Shown piece by piece: positions 47,386-62,300 of a stretch of 64,000 bases of DNA. The stretch spans positions 46,128,001-46,192,000 of the forward strand of contig NC_043014.1 of the NCBI RefSeq assembly GCF_006345805.1. Direction: 5' to 3'. The position numbers and the translations under genes were made by a program. The notes beneath the pieces are model-generated. The model made no database searches. It worked only from the letters and a program-made list of their open reading frames with translations, and was not told the DNA's origin. This DNA comes from Octopus sinensis (taxonomy: Eukaryota). Position 1 is the first letter of the stretch. Every line of letters begins with the position of its first letter.

Positions 47386-50300
47386 TGGAGGATGGCAGTT
47401 CAACAGGAAAACTATGATGTGGTGTGTAACATGCTGTCCAAGCAGTCAGGAGGATGGCAGTTCAGCAGTAAAGCAATGATGTCATAGGTTTGATGCTATC
47501 CAAGTATTCAGGAGGCTGGCAGTTCAGCAGCAACACTACGATGCAGTGTGTAAGATGCTGTCCAAGTATTCAGGAGGCTGGCAGTTCAGCAGCAACACTA
47601 CGATGCAGTGTGTAAGATGCTGTCCAAGTAGTCAGGAGGCTGGCAGTTCAGCAGCAACACTACGATGCAGTGTGTAAGATGCTGTCCAAGTAGACAGGAG
47701 GCTGGCAGTTCAGCAGCAACACTACGATGCAGTGTATAAGATGCTGTCCAAGTATTCAGGAGGCTGGCAGTTCAGCAGCAACACTACGATGTGTGTGTAA
47801 GATGCTGTCCAAGTATTCAGGAGGCTGGCAGTTCAGCAGCAACACTACGATGCAGTGTGTAAGATGCTGTCCAAGTAGACAGGAGGCTGGCAGTTCAGCA
47901 GCAACACTACGATGCAGTGTGTAAGATGCTGTCCAAGTAGTCAGGAGGCTGGCAGTTCAGCAGCAACACTACGATGCAGTGTGTAAGATGCTGTCCAAGT
48001 AGTCAGGAGGCTGGCAGTTCAGCAGCAACACTACGATGCAGTGTGTAAGATGCTGTCCAAGTAGACAGGAGGCTGGCAGTTCAGCAGCAACACTACGATG
48101 CAGTGTGTAAGATGCTGTCCAAGTAGTCAGGAGGCTGGCAGTTCAGCAGCAACACTACGATGCAGTGTGTAAGATGCTGTCCAAGTAGACAGGAGGCTGG
48201 CAGTTCAGCAGCAACACTACGATGCAGTGTATAAGATGCTGTCCAAGTATTCAGGAGGCTGGCAGTTCAGCAGCAACACTACGATGGAGTGTGTAAGATG
48301 CTGTCCAAGTATTCAGGAGGCTGGCAGTTCAGCAGCAACACTACGATGCAGTGTGTAAGATGCTGTCCAAGTAGACAGGAGGCTGGCAGTTCAGCAGCAA
48401 CACTACGATGCAGTGTGTAAGATGCTGTCCAAGTAGTCAGGAGGCTGGCAGTTCAGCAGCAACACTACGATGCAGTGTGTAAGATGCTGTCCAAGTAGTC
48501 AGGAGGCTGGCAGTTCAGCAGCAACACTACGATGCAGTGTGTAAGATGCTGTCCAAGTAGACAGGAGGCTGGCAGTTCAGCAGCAACACTACGATGCAGT
48601 GTGTAAGATGCTGTCCAAGTATTCAGGAGGCTGGCAGTTCAGCAGCAACACTATGATGCAGTGTGTAAGATGCTGTCCAAGTATTCAGGAGGCTGGCAGT
48701 TCAGCAGCAACACTACGATGCAGTGTGTAAGATGCTGTCCAAGTATTCAGGAGGCTGGCAGTTCAGCAGCAACACTATGATGCAGTGTGTAAGATGCTGT
48801 CCAAGTATTCAGGAGGCTGGCAGTTCAGCAGCAACACTACGATGCAGTGTGTAAGATGCTGTCCAAGTATTCAGGAGGCTGGCAGTTCAGCAGCAACACT
48901 ACGATGCAGTGTGTAAGATGCTGTCCAAGTAGTCAGGAGGCTGGCAGTTCAGCAGCAACACTACGATGCAGTGTGTAAGATGCTGTCCAAGTAGACAGGA
49001 GGCTGGCAGTTCAGCAGCAACACTACGATGCAGTGTGTAAGATGCTGTCCAAGTATTCAGGAGGCTGGCAGTTCAGCAGCAACACTACGATGATGCAGTG
49101 TATAAGATGCTGTCCAAGTAGTCAGGAGGCTGGCAGTTCAGCAGCAACACTACGATGCAGTGTGTAAGATGCTGTCCAAGTAGACAGGAGGCTGGCAGTT
49201 CAGCAGCAACACTACGATGCAGTGTGTAAGATGCTGTCCAAGTATTCAGGAGGCTGGCAGTTCAGCAGCAACACTACTATGATGCAGTGTATAAGATGCT
49301 GTCCAAGTAGTCAGGAGGCTGGCAGTTCAGCAGCAACACTACGATGCAGTGTGTAAGATGCTGTCCAAGTATTCAGGAGGCTGGCAGTTCAGCAGCAACA
49401 CTACGATGCAGTGTGTAAGATGCTGTCCAAGTATTCAGGAGGCTGGCAGTTCAGCAGCAACACTACGATGCAGTGTGTAAGATGCTGTCCAAGTATTCAG
49501 GAGGCTGGCAGTTCAGCAGCAACACTACGATGCAGTGTGTAAGATGCTGTCCAAGTATTCAGGAGGCTGGCAGTTCAGCAGCAACACTACGATGCAGTGT
49601 GTAAGATGCTGTCCAAGTATTCAGGAGGCTGGCAGTTCAGCAGCAACACTACGATGGAGTGTGTAAGATGCTGTCCAAGAAGACAGGAGGCTGGCAGTTC
49701 AGCAGCAACACTACGATGCAGTGTGTAAGATGCTGTCCAAGAAGACAGGAGGCTGGCAGTTCAGCAGCAACACTACGATGCAGTGTGTAAGATGCTGTCC
49801 AAGTATTCAGGAGGCTGGCAGTTCAGCAGCAACACTACGATGCAGTGTGTAAGATGCTGTCCAAGTATTCAGGAGGCTGGCAGTTCAGCAGCAACACTAT
49901 GATGCGGTGTGTAAGATGCTGTCCAAGTATTCAGGAGGCTGGCAGTTCAGCAGCAACACTACGATGCAGTGTGTAAGATGCTGTCCAAGTATTCAGGAGG
50001 CTGGCAGTTCAGCAGCAACACTACGATGCAGTGTGTAAGATGCTGTCCAAGTATTCAGGAGGCTGGCAGTTCAGCAGCAACACTACGATGCAGTGTGTAA
50101 GATGCTGTCCAAGAAGACAGGAGGCTGGCAGTTCAGCAGCAACACTACGATGCAGTGTGTAAGATGCTGTCCAAGTATTCAGGAGGCTGGCAGTTCAGCA
50201 GCAACACTACGATGCAGTGTGTAAGATGCTGTCCAAGTATTCAGGAGGCTGGCAGTTCAGCAGCAACACTACGATGCAGTGTGTAAGATGCTGTCCAAGT

Positions 50301-53300
50301 ATTCAGGAGGCTGGCAGTTCAGCAGCAACACTACGATGCAGTGTGTAAGATGCTGTCCAAGTATTCAGGAGGCTGGCAGTTCAGCAGCAACACTACGATG
50401 CAGTGTGTAAGATGCTGTCCAAGTATTCAGGAGGCTGGCAGTTCAGCAGCAACACTACGATGCAGTGTGTAAGATGCTGTCCAAGTATTCAGGAGGCTGG
50501 CAGTTCAGCAGCAACACTACGATGCAGTGTGTAAGATGCTGTCCAAGTATTCAGGAGGCTGGCAGTTCAGCAGCAACACTATGATGCAGTGTGTAAGATG
50601 CTGTCCAAGTATTCAGGAGGCTGGCAGTTCAGCAGCAACACTATGATGCAGTGTGTAAGATGCTGTCCAAGTAGTGAGGAGGCTGGCAGTTCAGCAGCAA
50701 CACTATGATGCAGTGTGTAAGATGCTGTCCAAGTATTCAGGAGGCTGGCAGTTCAGCAGCAACACTATGATGCAGTGTGTAAGATGCTGTCCAAGTATTC
50801 AGGAGGCTGGCAGTTCAGCAGCAACACTACGATGCAGTGTGTAAGATGCTGTCCAAGTATTCAGGAGGCTGGCAGTTCAGCAGCAACACTACGATGCAGT
50901 GTGTAAGATGCTGTCCAAGTAGTGAGGAGGCTGGCAGTTCAGCAGCAACACTACGATGCAGTGTGTAAGATGCTGTCCAAGTAGACAGGAGGCTGGCAGT
51001 TCAGCAGCAACACTACGATGCAGTGTGTAAGATGCTATCCAAGTATTCAGGAGGCTGGCAGTTCAGCAGCAACACTACGATGCAGTGTGTAAGATGCTGT
51101 CCAAGTATTCAGGAGGCTGGCAGTTCAGTTCAGCAGCAACACTACGATGCAGTGTGTAAGATGCTGTCCAAGTATTCAGGAGGCTGGCAGTTCAGCAGCA
51201 ACACTACGATGCAGTGTGTAAGATGCTGTCCAAGTATTCAGGAGGCTGGCAGTTCAGCAGCAACACTACGATGGAGTGTGTAAGATGCTGTCCAAGTATT
51301 CAGGAGGCTGGCAGTTCAGCAGCAACACTACGATGCAGTGTGTAAGATGCTGTCCAAGTATTCAGGAGGCTGGCAGTTCAGCAGCAACACTACGATGCAG
51401 TGTGTAAGATGCTGTCCAAGTATTCAGGAGGCTGGCAGTTCAGCAGCAACACTACGATGCAGTGTGTAAGATGCTGTCCAAGTATTCAGGAGGCTGGCAG
51501 TCCAGCAGCAACACTACGATGCAGTGTATAAGATGCTGTCCAAGTATTCAGGAGGCTGGCAGTTCAGCAGCAACACTACGATGCAGTGTGTAAGATGCTG
51601 TCCAAGTATTCAGGAGGCTGGCAGTTCAGCAGCAACACTACGATGCAGTGTGTAAGATGCTGTCCAAGTATTCAGGAGGCTGGCAGTTCAGCAGCAACAC
51701 TACGATGCAGTGTATAAGATGCTGTCCAAGTATTCAGGAGGCTGGCAGTTCAGCAGCAACACTACGATGCAGTGTGTAAGATGCTGTCCAAGTATTCAGG
51801 AGGCTGGCAGTTCAGCAGCAACACTACGATGGAGTGTGTAAGATGCTGTCCAAGTAGACAGGAGGCTGGCAGTTCAGCAGCAACACTACGATGCAGTGTA
51901 TAAGATGCTGTCCAAGTATTCAGGAGGCTGGCAGTTCAGCAGCAACACTACGATGGAGTGTGTAAGATGCTGTCCAAGTATTCAGGAGGCTGGCAGTTCA
52001 GCAGCAACACTACGATGCAGTGTGTAAGATGCTGTCCAAGTATTCAGGAGGCTGGCAGTTCAGCAGCAACACTACGATGGAGTGTGTGTAAGATGCTGTC
52101 CAAGTATTCAGGAGGCTGGCAGTTCAGCAGCAACACTACGATGCAGTGTGTAAGATGCTGTCCAAGTATTCAGGAGGCTGGCAGTTCAGCAGCAACACTA
52201 CGATGGAGTGTGTAAGATGCTGTCCAAGTATTCAGGAGGCTGGCAGTTCAGCAGCAACACTACGATGCAGTGTATAAGATGCTGTCCAAGTATTCAGGAG
52301 GCTGGCAGTTCAGCAGCAACACTACGATGCAGTGTGTAAGATGCTGTCCAAGTAGACAGGAGGCTGGCAGTTCAGCAGCAACACTACGATGCAGTGTGTA
52401 AGATGCTGTCCAAGTATTCAGGAGGCTGGCAGTTCAGCAGCAACACTACGATGCAGTGTGTAAGATGCTGTCCAAGTATTCAGGAGGCTGGCAGTTCAGC
52501 AGCAACACTACGATGCAGTGTATAAGATGCTATCCAAGTATTCAGGAGGCTGGCAGTTCAGCAGCAACACTACGATGCAGTGTGTAAGATGCTGTCCAAG
52601 TAGACAGGAGGCTGGCAGTTCAGCAGCAACACTACGATGCAGTGTGTAAGATGCTGTCCAAGTATTCAGGAGGCTGGCAGTTCAGCAGCAACACTACGAT
52701 GCAGTGTGTAAGATGCTGTCCAAGTATTCAGGAGGCTGGCAGTTCAGCAGCAACACTACGATGCAGTGTGTAAGATGCTGTCCAAGTAGACAGGAGGCTG
52801 GCAGTTCAGCAGCAACACTACGATGCAGTGTGTAAGATGCTGTCCAAGTATTCAGGAGGCTGGCAGTTCAGCAGCAACACTACGATGCAGTGTGTAAGAT
52901 GCTGTCCAAGTAGTGAGGAGGCTGGCAGTTCAGCAGCAACACTACGATGCAGTGTGTAAGATGCTGTCCAAGTAGACAGGAGGCTGGCAGTTCAGCAGCA
53001 ACACTACGATGCAGTGTGTAAGATGCTGTCCAAGTATTCAGGAGGCTGGCAGTTCAGCAGCAACACTACGATGCAGTGTGTAAGATGCTGTCCAAGTAGT
53101 GAGGAGGCTGGCAGTTCAGCAGCAACACTACGATGCAGTGTGTAAGATGCTGTCCAAGTAGTGAGGAGGCTGGCAGTTCAGCAGCAACACTACGATGCAG
53201 TGTGTAAGATGCTGTCCAAGTAGACAGGAAGCTGGCAGTTCAGCAGCAACACTACGATGCAGTGTGTAAGATGCTGTCCAAGTATTCAGGAGGCTGGCAG

Positions 53301-56300
53301 TTCAGCAGCAACACTACGATGCAGTGTGTAAGATGCTGTCCAAGTAGACAGGAGGCTGGCAGTTCAGCAGCAACACTACGATGCAGTGTGTAAGATGCTG
53401 TCCAAGTATTCAGGAGGCTGGCAGTTCAGCAGCAACACTACGATGCAGTGTGTAAGATGCTGTCCAAGTATTCAGGAGGCTGGCAGTTCAGCAGCAACAC
53501 TACGATGCAGTGTGTAAGATGCTGTCCAAGTATTCAGGAGGCTGGCAGTTCAGCAGCAACACTACGATGCAGTGTGTAAGATGCTGTCCAAGTAGTGAGG
53601 AGGCTGGCAGTTCAGCAGCAACACTACGATGCAGTGTGTAAGATGCTGTCCAAGTAGACAGGAGGCTGGCAGTTCAGCAGCAACACTACGATGCAGTGTG
53701 TAAGATGCTGTCCAAGTATTCAGGAGGCTGGCAGTTCAGCAGCAAAAATATAATATGGTGTGTCTAATGCTGTCCAAGTAGTCAGGAGGCTGGCAGTTCA
53801 GCAGCAACACTATGATGCGGTGTGTAAGATGCTGTCCAAGTAGTGAGGAGGCTGGCAGTTCAGCAGCAACACTATGATGCAGTGCGTAAGATGCTGTCCA
53901 GTAGTCAGGAGGCTGGCAGTTCAGCAGCAAAATATATATGGTGTGTCTAATGCTGTCCAAGTAGTCAGGAGGCTGGCAGTTCAGCAGCAAAAATATAATA
54001 TGGTTTGTCTAATGCTGTCCAAGTAGTCAGGAGGCTGGCAGTTCAGCAGCAAAATAATATGTTGTGTCTAATGCTGTCCAAGTAGTCAGGAGGCTGGCAG
54101 TTCAGCAGCAACACTATGATGCAGTGCGTAAGATGCTGTCCAAGTAGTCAGGAGGCTGGCAGTTCAGCAGCAAAAATATAATATGGTGTGTCTAATGCTG
54201 TCCAAGTAGTCAGGAGGCTGGCAGTTCAGTAGCAACACTAAGATGCAGTGTGTAAGATGCTGTCCAAGTAGTCAGGAGGCTGGCAGTTCAGCAGCAAAAA
54301 TATAATATGGTGTGTCTAATGCTGTCCAAGTAGTCAGGAGGCTGGCAGTTCAGCAGCAACACTATGATGCAGTGTGTCTAATGCTGTCCAAGTAGTCAGG
54401 AGGCTGGCAGTTCAGCAGCAACACTATGATGCAGTGCGTAAGATGCTGTCCAAGTATTCAGGAGGCTGGCAGTTCAGCAGCAAAAATATAATATGGTGTG
54501 TCTAATGCTGTCCAAGTAGTCAGGAGGCTGGCAGTTCAGCAGCAAAAATATAATATGTTGTGTCTAATGCTGTCCAAGTAGTCAGGAGGCTGGCAGTTCA
54601 GCAGCAACACTATGATGCAGTGCGTAAGATGCTGTCCAAGTAGTCAGGAGGCTGGCAGTTCAGCAGCAAAAATATAATATGGTGTGTCTAATGCTGTCCA
54701 AGTAGTCAGGAGGCTGGCAGTTCAGCAGCAAAAATATAATATGTTGTGTCTAATGCTGTCCAAGTAGTCAGGAGGCTGGCAGTTCAGCAGCAACACTATG
54801 ATGCAGTGCGTAAGATGCTGTCCAAGTAGTCAGGAGGCTGGCAGTTCAGCAGCAAAAATATAATATGGTGTGTCTAATGCTGTCCAAGTAGTCAGGAGGC
54901 TGGCAGTTCAGCAGCAACACTATGATGCAGTGTGTCTAATGCTGTCCAAGTAGTCAGGAGGCTGGCAGTTCAGCAGCAACACTATGATGCAGTGCGTAAG
55001 ATGCTGTCCAAGTAGTCAGGAGGCTGGCAGTTCAGCAGCAAAATATAATATGTGTGTCTAATGCTGTCCAAGTAGTCAGGAGGCTGGCAGTTCAGCAGCA
55101 AAAATATAATATGTTGTGTCTAATGCTGTCCAAGTAGTCAGGAGGCTGGCAGTTCAGCAGCAACACTATGATGCAGTGCGTAAGATGCTGTCCAAGTAGT
55201 CAGGAGGCTGGCAGTTCAGCAGCAAAAATATAATATGGTGTGTCTAATGCTGTCCAAGTAGTCAGGAGGCTGGCAGTTCAGCAGCAAAAATATAATATGG
55301 TGTGTCTAATGCTGTCCAAGTAGTCAGGAGGCTGGCAGTTCAGCAGCAAAAATATAATATGGTGTGTCTAATGCTGTCCAAGTAGTCAGGAGGCTGGCAG
55401 TTCAGCAGCAAAAATATAATATGTTGTGTCTAATGCTGTCCAAGTAGTCAGGAGGCTGGCAGTTCAGCAGCAACACTATGATGCAGTGCGTAAGATGCTG
55501 TCCAAGTAGTAGTCAGGAGGCTGGCAGTTCAGCAGCAAAAATATAATATGGTGTGTCTAATGCTGTCCAAGTAGTCAGGAGGCTGGCAGTTCAGCAGCAA
55601 CACTATGATGCAGTGCGTAAGATGCTGTCCAAGTAGTCAGGAGGCTGGCAGTTCAGCAGCAAAAAATAATATGGTGTGTCTAATGCTGTCCAAGTAGTCA
55701 GGAGGCTGGCAGTTCAGTAGCAACACTAAGATGCAGTGTGTAAGATGCTGTCCAAGTAGTCAGGAGGCTGGCAGTTCAGCAGCAAAAATATAATATGGTG
55801 TGTCTAATGCTGTCCAAGTAGTCAGGAGGCTGGCAGTTCAGTAGCAACACTAAGATGCAGTGTGTAAGATGCTGTCCAAGTAGTCAGGAGGCTGGCAGTT
55901 CAGCAGCAACACTATGATGCAGTGTGTAAGATGCTGTCCAAGTAGTCAGGAGGCTGGCAGTTCAGCAGCAACACTATGATGCAGTGTATAAGATGCTGGC
56001 CAAGTAGTCAGGAGGCTGGCAGTTCAGCAGCAAAAATATAATATGGTGTGTCTAATCCTGTCGAAGTAGTCAGGAGGCTGGCAGTTCAGCAGCAACACTA
56101 TGATGTAGTGTGTCTAATGCTGTCCAAATAGTCAGGAGGCTGGCAGTTCAGCAGCAAAAATATAATATGGTGTGTCTAATGCTGTCCAAGTAGTCAGGAG
56201 GCTGGCAGTTCAGCAGCAACACTATGATGCAGTGTGTAAGATGCTGTCCAAGTAGTCAGGAGGCTGGCAGTTCAGCAGCAAAAATATAATATGGTGTGTC

Positions 56301-59300
56301 TAATGCTGTCCAAGTAGTCAGGAGGCTGGCAGTTCAGCAGCAACAATATGATGCAGTGTGTAAGATGCTGTCCAAGTAGTCAGGAGGCTGGCAGTTCAGC
56401 AGCAAAAATATAATATGGTGTGTCTAATGCTGTCCAAGTAGTCAGGAGGCTGGCAGTTCAGCAGCAACACTATGATGCAGTGTGTAAGATGCTGTCGAAG
56501 TAGTCAGGAGGCTGGCAGTTCAGCAGCAACACTATGATGTAGTGTGTCTAATGCTGTCCAAATAGTCAGGAGGCTGGCAGTTCAGCAGCAAAAATATAAT
56601 ATGGTTTGTCTAATGCTGTCTAAGTAGTCAGGAGGCTGGCAGTTCAGCAGCAAAAATATAATATGGTTTGTCTAATGCTGTCCAAATAGTCAGGAGGCTG
56701 GCAGTTCAGCAGCAAAAATACAATATGGTGTGTCTAATGCTGTCCAAGTAGTCAGGAGGCTGGCAGTTCAGCAGCAAAAATACAATATGGTGTGTCTAAT
56801 GCTGTCCAAATAGTCAGGAGGCTGGCAGTTCAGCAGCAAAAATATAATATGGTGTGTCTAATGCTGTCCAAGATGTCAGGAGGCTGGCAGTTCAGCAGCA
56901 ACACTATGATGCAGTGTGTAAGATGCTGTCCAAACAGTCAGGAGGCTGGCAGTTCAGCAGCAAAAATATAATATGGTGTGTCTAATGCTGTCCAAGTAGT
57001 CAGGAGGCTGGCAGTTCAGCAGCAACACTATGATGCAGTGCGTAAGATGCTGTCCAAGTAGACAGGAGGCTGGCAGTTCAGCAGCAAAAATATAATATGG
57101 TTTGTCTAATGCTGTCCAAGTAGTCAGGAGGCTGGCAGTTCAGCATCAACGCTATGATGTAGTGGATTTGATGCTATCCAAGGATTCAGGAGGCTGGCAG
57201 TTCAACAGCAACACTATGATGTAGTGGATTTGATGCTATCCAAGGATTCAGGAGGCTGGCAGTTCAGCATCAACACTATGATGTAGTGGATTTGATGCTA
57301 TCCAAGGATTCAGGAGGCTGGCAGTTCAGCATCAACGCTATGATGTAGTGGATTTGATGCTATCCAAGGATTCAGGAGGCTGGCAGTTCAGCATCAACAC
57401 TATGATGTAGTGGATTTGATGCTATCCAAGGATTCAGGAGGCTGGCAGTTCAACAGCAACACTATGATGTAGTGGATTTGATGCTATCCAAGGATTCAGG
57501 AGGCTGGCAGTTCAACAGCAACACTATGATGTAGTGGATTTGATGCTATCCAAGGATTCAGGAGGCTGGCAGTTCAACAGCAACACTATGATGTAGTGGA
57601 TTTGATGCTATCCAAGGATTCATGAGGCTGGTAGTTCAGCAGCAACACTATGATGTAGTGGATTTGATGCTATCCAAGGATTCATGAGGCTGGCAGTTCA
57701 GCAGCAACACACTGATGTAGTGGATTTGATGCTATCCAAGGATTCAGGAGGCTGGCAGTTCAACAGCAACACTATGATGTAGTGGATTTGATGCTATCCA
57801 AGGATTCAGGAGGCTGGCAGTTCAACAGCAACACTATGATGTAGTGGATTTGATGCTATCCAAGGATTCAGGAGGCTGGCAGTTCAACAGCAACACTATG
57901 ATGTAGTGGATTTGATGCTATCCAAGTATTCAGGAGGCTGGTAGTTCAGCAGCAACACTATGATGTAGTGGATTTGATGCTATCCAAGGATTCAGGAGGC
58001 TGGCAGTTCAACATCAACGCTATGATGTAGTGGATTTGATGCTATCCAAGGATTCAGGAGGCTGGTAGTTCAGCATCAACACTATGATGTAGTGGATTTG
58101 ATGCTATCCAAGGATTCAGGAGGCTGGTAGTTCAGCATCAACGCTATGATGTAGTGGATTTGATGCTATCCAAGGATTCAGGAGGCTGGTAGTTCAGCAG
58201 CAACACTATGATGTAGTGGATTTGATGCTATCCAAGGATTCAGGAGGCTGGCAGTTCAGCATCAACGCTATGATGTAGTGGATTTGATGCTATCCAAGGA
58301 TTCAGGAGGCTGGTAGTTCAGCATCAACACTATGATGTAGTGTGATTTGATGCTATCCAAGGATTCAGGAGGCTGGTAGTTCAGCATCAAACCTATGATG
58401 TAGTGGATTTGATGCTATCCAAGGATTCAGGAGGCTGGTAGTTCAGCATCAACACTATGATGTAGTGGATTGTGATGCTATCCAAGGATTCAGGAGGCTG
58501 GTAGTTCAGCATCAACACTATGATGTAGTGGATTTGATGCTATCCAAGGATTCAGGAGGCTGGTAGTTCAGCAGCAACACTATGATGTAGTGGATTTGAT
58601 GCTATCCAAGGATTCAGGAGGCTGGCAGTTCAACATCAACTCTATGATGTAGTGGATTTGATGCTATCCAAGGATTCAGGAGGCTGGTAGTTCAGCATCA
58701 ACACTATGATGTAGTGGATTTGATGCTATCCAAGGATTCAGGAGGCTGGTAGTTCAGCATCAACGCTATGATGTAGTGGATTTGATGCTATCCAAGGATT
58801 CAGGAGGCTGGTAGTTCAGCAGCAACACTATGATGTAGTGGATTTGATGCTATCCAGGATTCAGGAGGCTGGTAGTTCAGCAGCAACACTATGATGTAGT
58901 GGATTTGATGCTATCCAAGGATTCAGGAGGCTGGCAGTTCACATCAACGCTATGATGTAGTGGATTTGATGCTATCCAAGGATTCAGGAGGCTGGTAGTT
59001 CAGCAGCAACACACACTATGATGTAGTGGATTTGATGCTATCCAAGGATTCAGGAGGCTGGTAGTTCAGCAGCAACACTATGATGTAGTGGATTTGATGC
59101 TATCCAAGGATTCAGGAGGCTGGCAGTTCAACATCAACGCTATGATGTAGTGGATTTGATGCTATCCAAGGATTCAGGAGGCTGGTAGTTCAGCAGCAAC
59201 ACTATGATGTAGTGGATTTGATGCTATCCAAGGATTCAGGAGGCTGGCAGTTCAGTAGCAACACTATGATGTAGTGGATTTGATGCTATCCAAGGATTCA

Positions 59301-62300
59301 GGAGGCTGGTAGTTCAGCAGCAACACTATGATGTAGTGGATTTGATGCTATCCAAGGATTCAGGAGGCTGGTAGTTCAGCAGCAACACTATGATGTAGTG
59401 GATTTGATGCTATCCAAGGATTCAGGAGGCTGGTAGTTCAGCAGCAACACTATGATGTAGTGGATTTGATGCTATCCAAGGATTCAGGAGGCTGGTAGTT
59501 CAGCAGCAACACTATGATGTAGTGGATTTGATGCTATCCAAGGATTCAGGAGGCTGGTAGTTCAGCAGCAACACTATGATGTAGTGGATTTGATGCTATC
59601 CAAGGATTCAGGAGGCTGGCAGTTCAACATCAACGCTATGATGTAGTGGATTTGATGCTATCCAAGGATTCAGGAGGCTGGTAGTTCAGCAGCAACACTA
59701 TGATGTAGTGGATTTGATGCTATCCAAGGATTCAGGAGGCTGGTAGTTCAGCAGCAACACTATGATGTAGTGGATTTGATGCTATCCAAGGATTCAGGAG
59801 GCTGGTAGTTCAGCAGCAACACTATGATGTAGTGGATTTGATGCTATCCAAGGATTCAGGAGGCTGGTAGTTCAGCAGCAACACTATGATGTAGTGGATT
59901 TGATGCTATCCAAGGATTCAGGAGGCTGGTAGTTCAGCAGCAACACTATGATGTAGTGGATTTGATGCTATCCAAGGATTCAGGAGGCTGGTAGTTCAGC
60001 AGCAACACTATGATGTAGTGGATTTGATGCTATCCAAGGATTCAGGAGGCTGGTAGTTCAGCAGCAACACTATGATGTAGTGGATTTGATGCTATCCAAG
60101 GATTCAGGAGGCTGGCAGTTCAACAGCAACACTATGATGTAGTGGATTTGATGCTATCCAAGGATTCAGGAGGCTGGTAGTTCAACAGCAACACTATGAT
60201 GTAGTGGATTTGATGCTATCCAAGGATTCAGGAGGCTGGCAGTTCAACAGCAACACTATGATGTAGTGGATTTGATGCTATCCAAGGATTCAGGAGGCTG
60301 GTAGTTCAGCAGCAACACTATGATGTAGTGGATTTGATGCTATCCAAGGATTCAGGAGGCTGGTAGTTCAGCAGCAACACTATGATGTAGTGGATTTGAT
60401 GCTATCCAAGGATTCAGGAGGCTGGCAGTTCAACAGCAACACTATGATGTAGTGGATTTGATGCTATCCAAGGATTCAGGAGGCTGGTAGTTCAGCAGCA
60501 ACACTATGATGTAGTGGATTTGATGCTATCCAAGGATTCAGGAGGCTGGTAGTTCAGCAGCAACACTATGATGTAGTGGATTTGATGCTATCCAAGGATT
60601 CAGGAGGCTGGTAGTTCAGCAGCAACACTATGATGTAGTGGATTTGATGCTATCCAAGGATTCAGGAGGCTGGCAGTTCAACAGCAACACTATGATGTAG
60701 TGGATTTGATGCTATCCAAGGATTCAGGAGGCTGGCAGTTCAACAGCAACACTATGATGTAGTGGATTTGATGCTATCCAAGGATTCAGGAGGCTGGTAG
60801 TTCAGCAGCAGCAACACTATGATGTAGTGGATTTGATGCTATCCAAGGATTCAGGAGGCTGGTAGTTCAGCATCAACGCTATGATGTAGTGGATTTGATG
60901 CTATCCAAGGATTCAGGAGGCTGGGTAGTCAACAGCAACACTATGATGTAGGGATTTGATGCTATCCAAGGATTCAGGAGGCTGGCAGTTCAACAGCAAC
61001 ACTATGATGTAGTGGATTTGATGCTATCCAAGGATTCAGGAGGCTGGTAGTTCAGCAGCAACACTATGATGTAGTGGATTTGATGCTATCCAAGGATTCA
61101 GGAGGCTGGTAGTTCAACAGCAACACTATGATGTAGTGGATTTGATGCTATCCAAGGATTCAGGAGGCTGGCAGTTCAACAGCAACACTATGATGTAGTG
61201 GATTTGATGCTATCCAAGGATTCAGGAGGCTGGTAGTTCAGCAGCAACACTATGATGTAGTGGATTATGCTATCCAAGGATTCAGGAGGCTGGTAGTTCA
61301 GCAGCAACACTATGATGTAGTGGATTTGATGCTATCCAAGGATTCAGGAGGCTGGTAGTTCAACAGCAACACTATGATGTAGTGGATTTGATGCTATCCA
61401 AGGATTCAGGAGGCTGGCAGTTCAACAGCAACACTATATGTAGTGGTTTGATGCTATCCAAGGATTCAGGAGGCTGGTAGTTCAGCAGCAACACTATGAT
61501 GTAGTGGATTTGATGCTATCCAAGTTCAGGAGCTGGTAGTTCAACAGCAACACTATGATGTAGTGGATTTGATGCTATCCAAGGATTCAGGAGGCTGGCA
61601 GTTCAACAGCAACACTATGATGTAGTGGATTTGATGCTATCCAAGGATTCAGGAGGCTGGTAGTTCAGCAGCAACACTATGATGTAGTGGATTTGATGCT
61701 ATCCAAGGATTCAGGAGGCTGGTAGTTCAGCAGCAACACTATGATGTAGTGATTTGATGCTATCCAAGGATTCAGGAGGCTGGTAGTTCAGCAGCAACAC
61801 TATGATGTAGTGGATTTGATGCTATCCAAGGATTCAGGAGGCTGGTAGTTCAGCAGCAACACTATGATGTAGTGGATTTGATGCTATCCAAGGATTCAGG
61901 AGGCTGGTAGTTCAGCATCAACACTATGATGTAGTGGATTTGATGCTATCCAAGGATTCAGGAGGCTGGAGTTTCAGCAGCAACACTATGATGTAGTGGA
62001 TTTGATGCTATCCAAGGATTCAGGAGGCTGGTAGTTCAGCAGCAACAACTATGATGTAGTGGATTTGATGCTATCCAAGATTCAGGAGGCTGGTAGTTCA
62101 GCATCACACTATGATGTAGTGGATTTGATGCTATCCAAGGATTCAGGAGGCTGGTAGTTCAGCAGCAACACTATGATGTAGTGGATTTGATGCTATCCAA
62201 GGATTCAGGAGGCTGGTAGTTCAGCAGCAACACTATGATGTAGTGGATTTGATGCTATCCAAGGATTCAGGAGGCTGGTAGTTCAGCATCAACACTATGA

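Noticed and set aside
47727-53990. Short ORFs in the 62-bp satellite
   Set aside because: Frame-cycling repeat translations with frequent stops.
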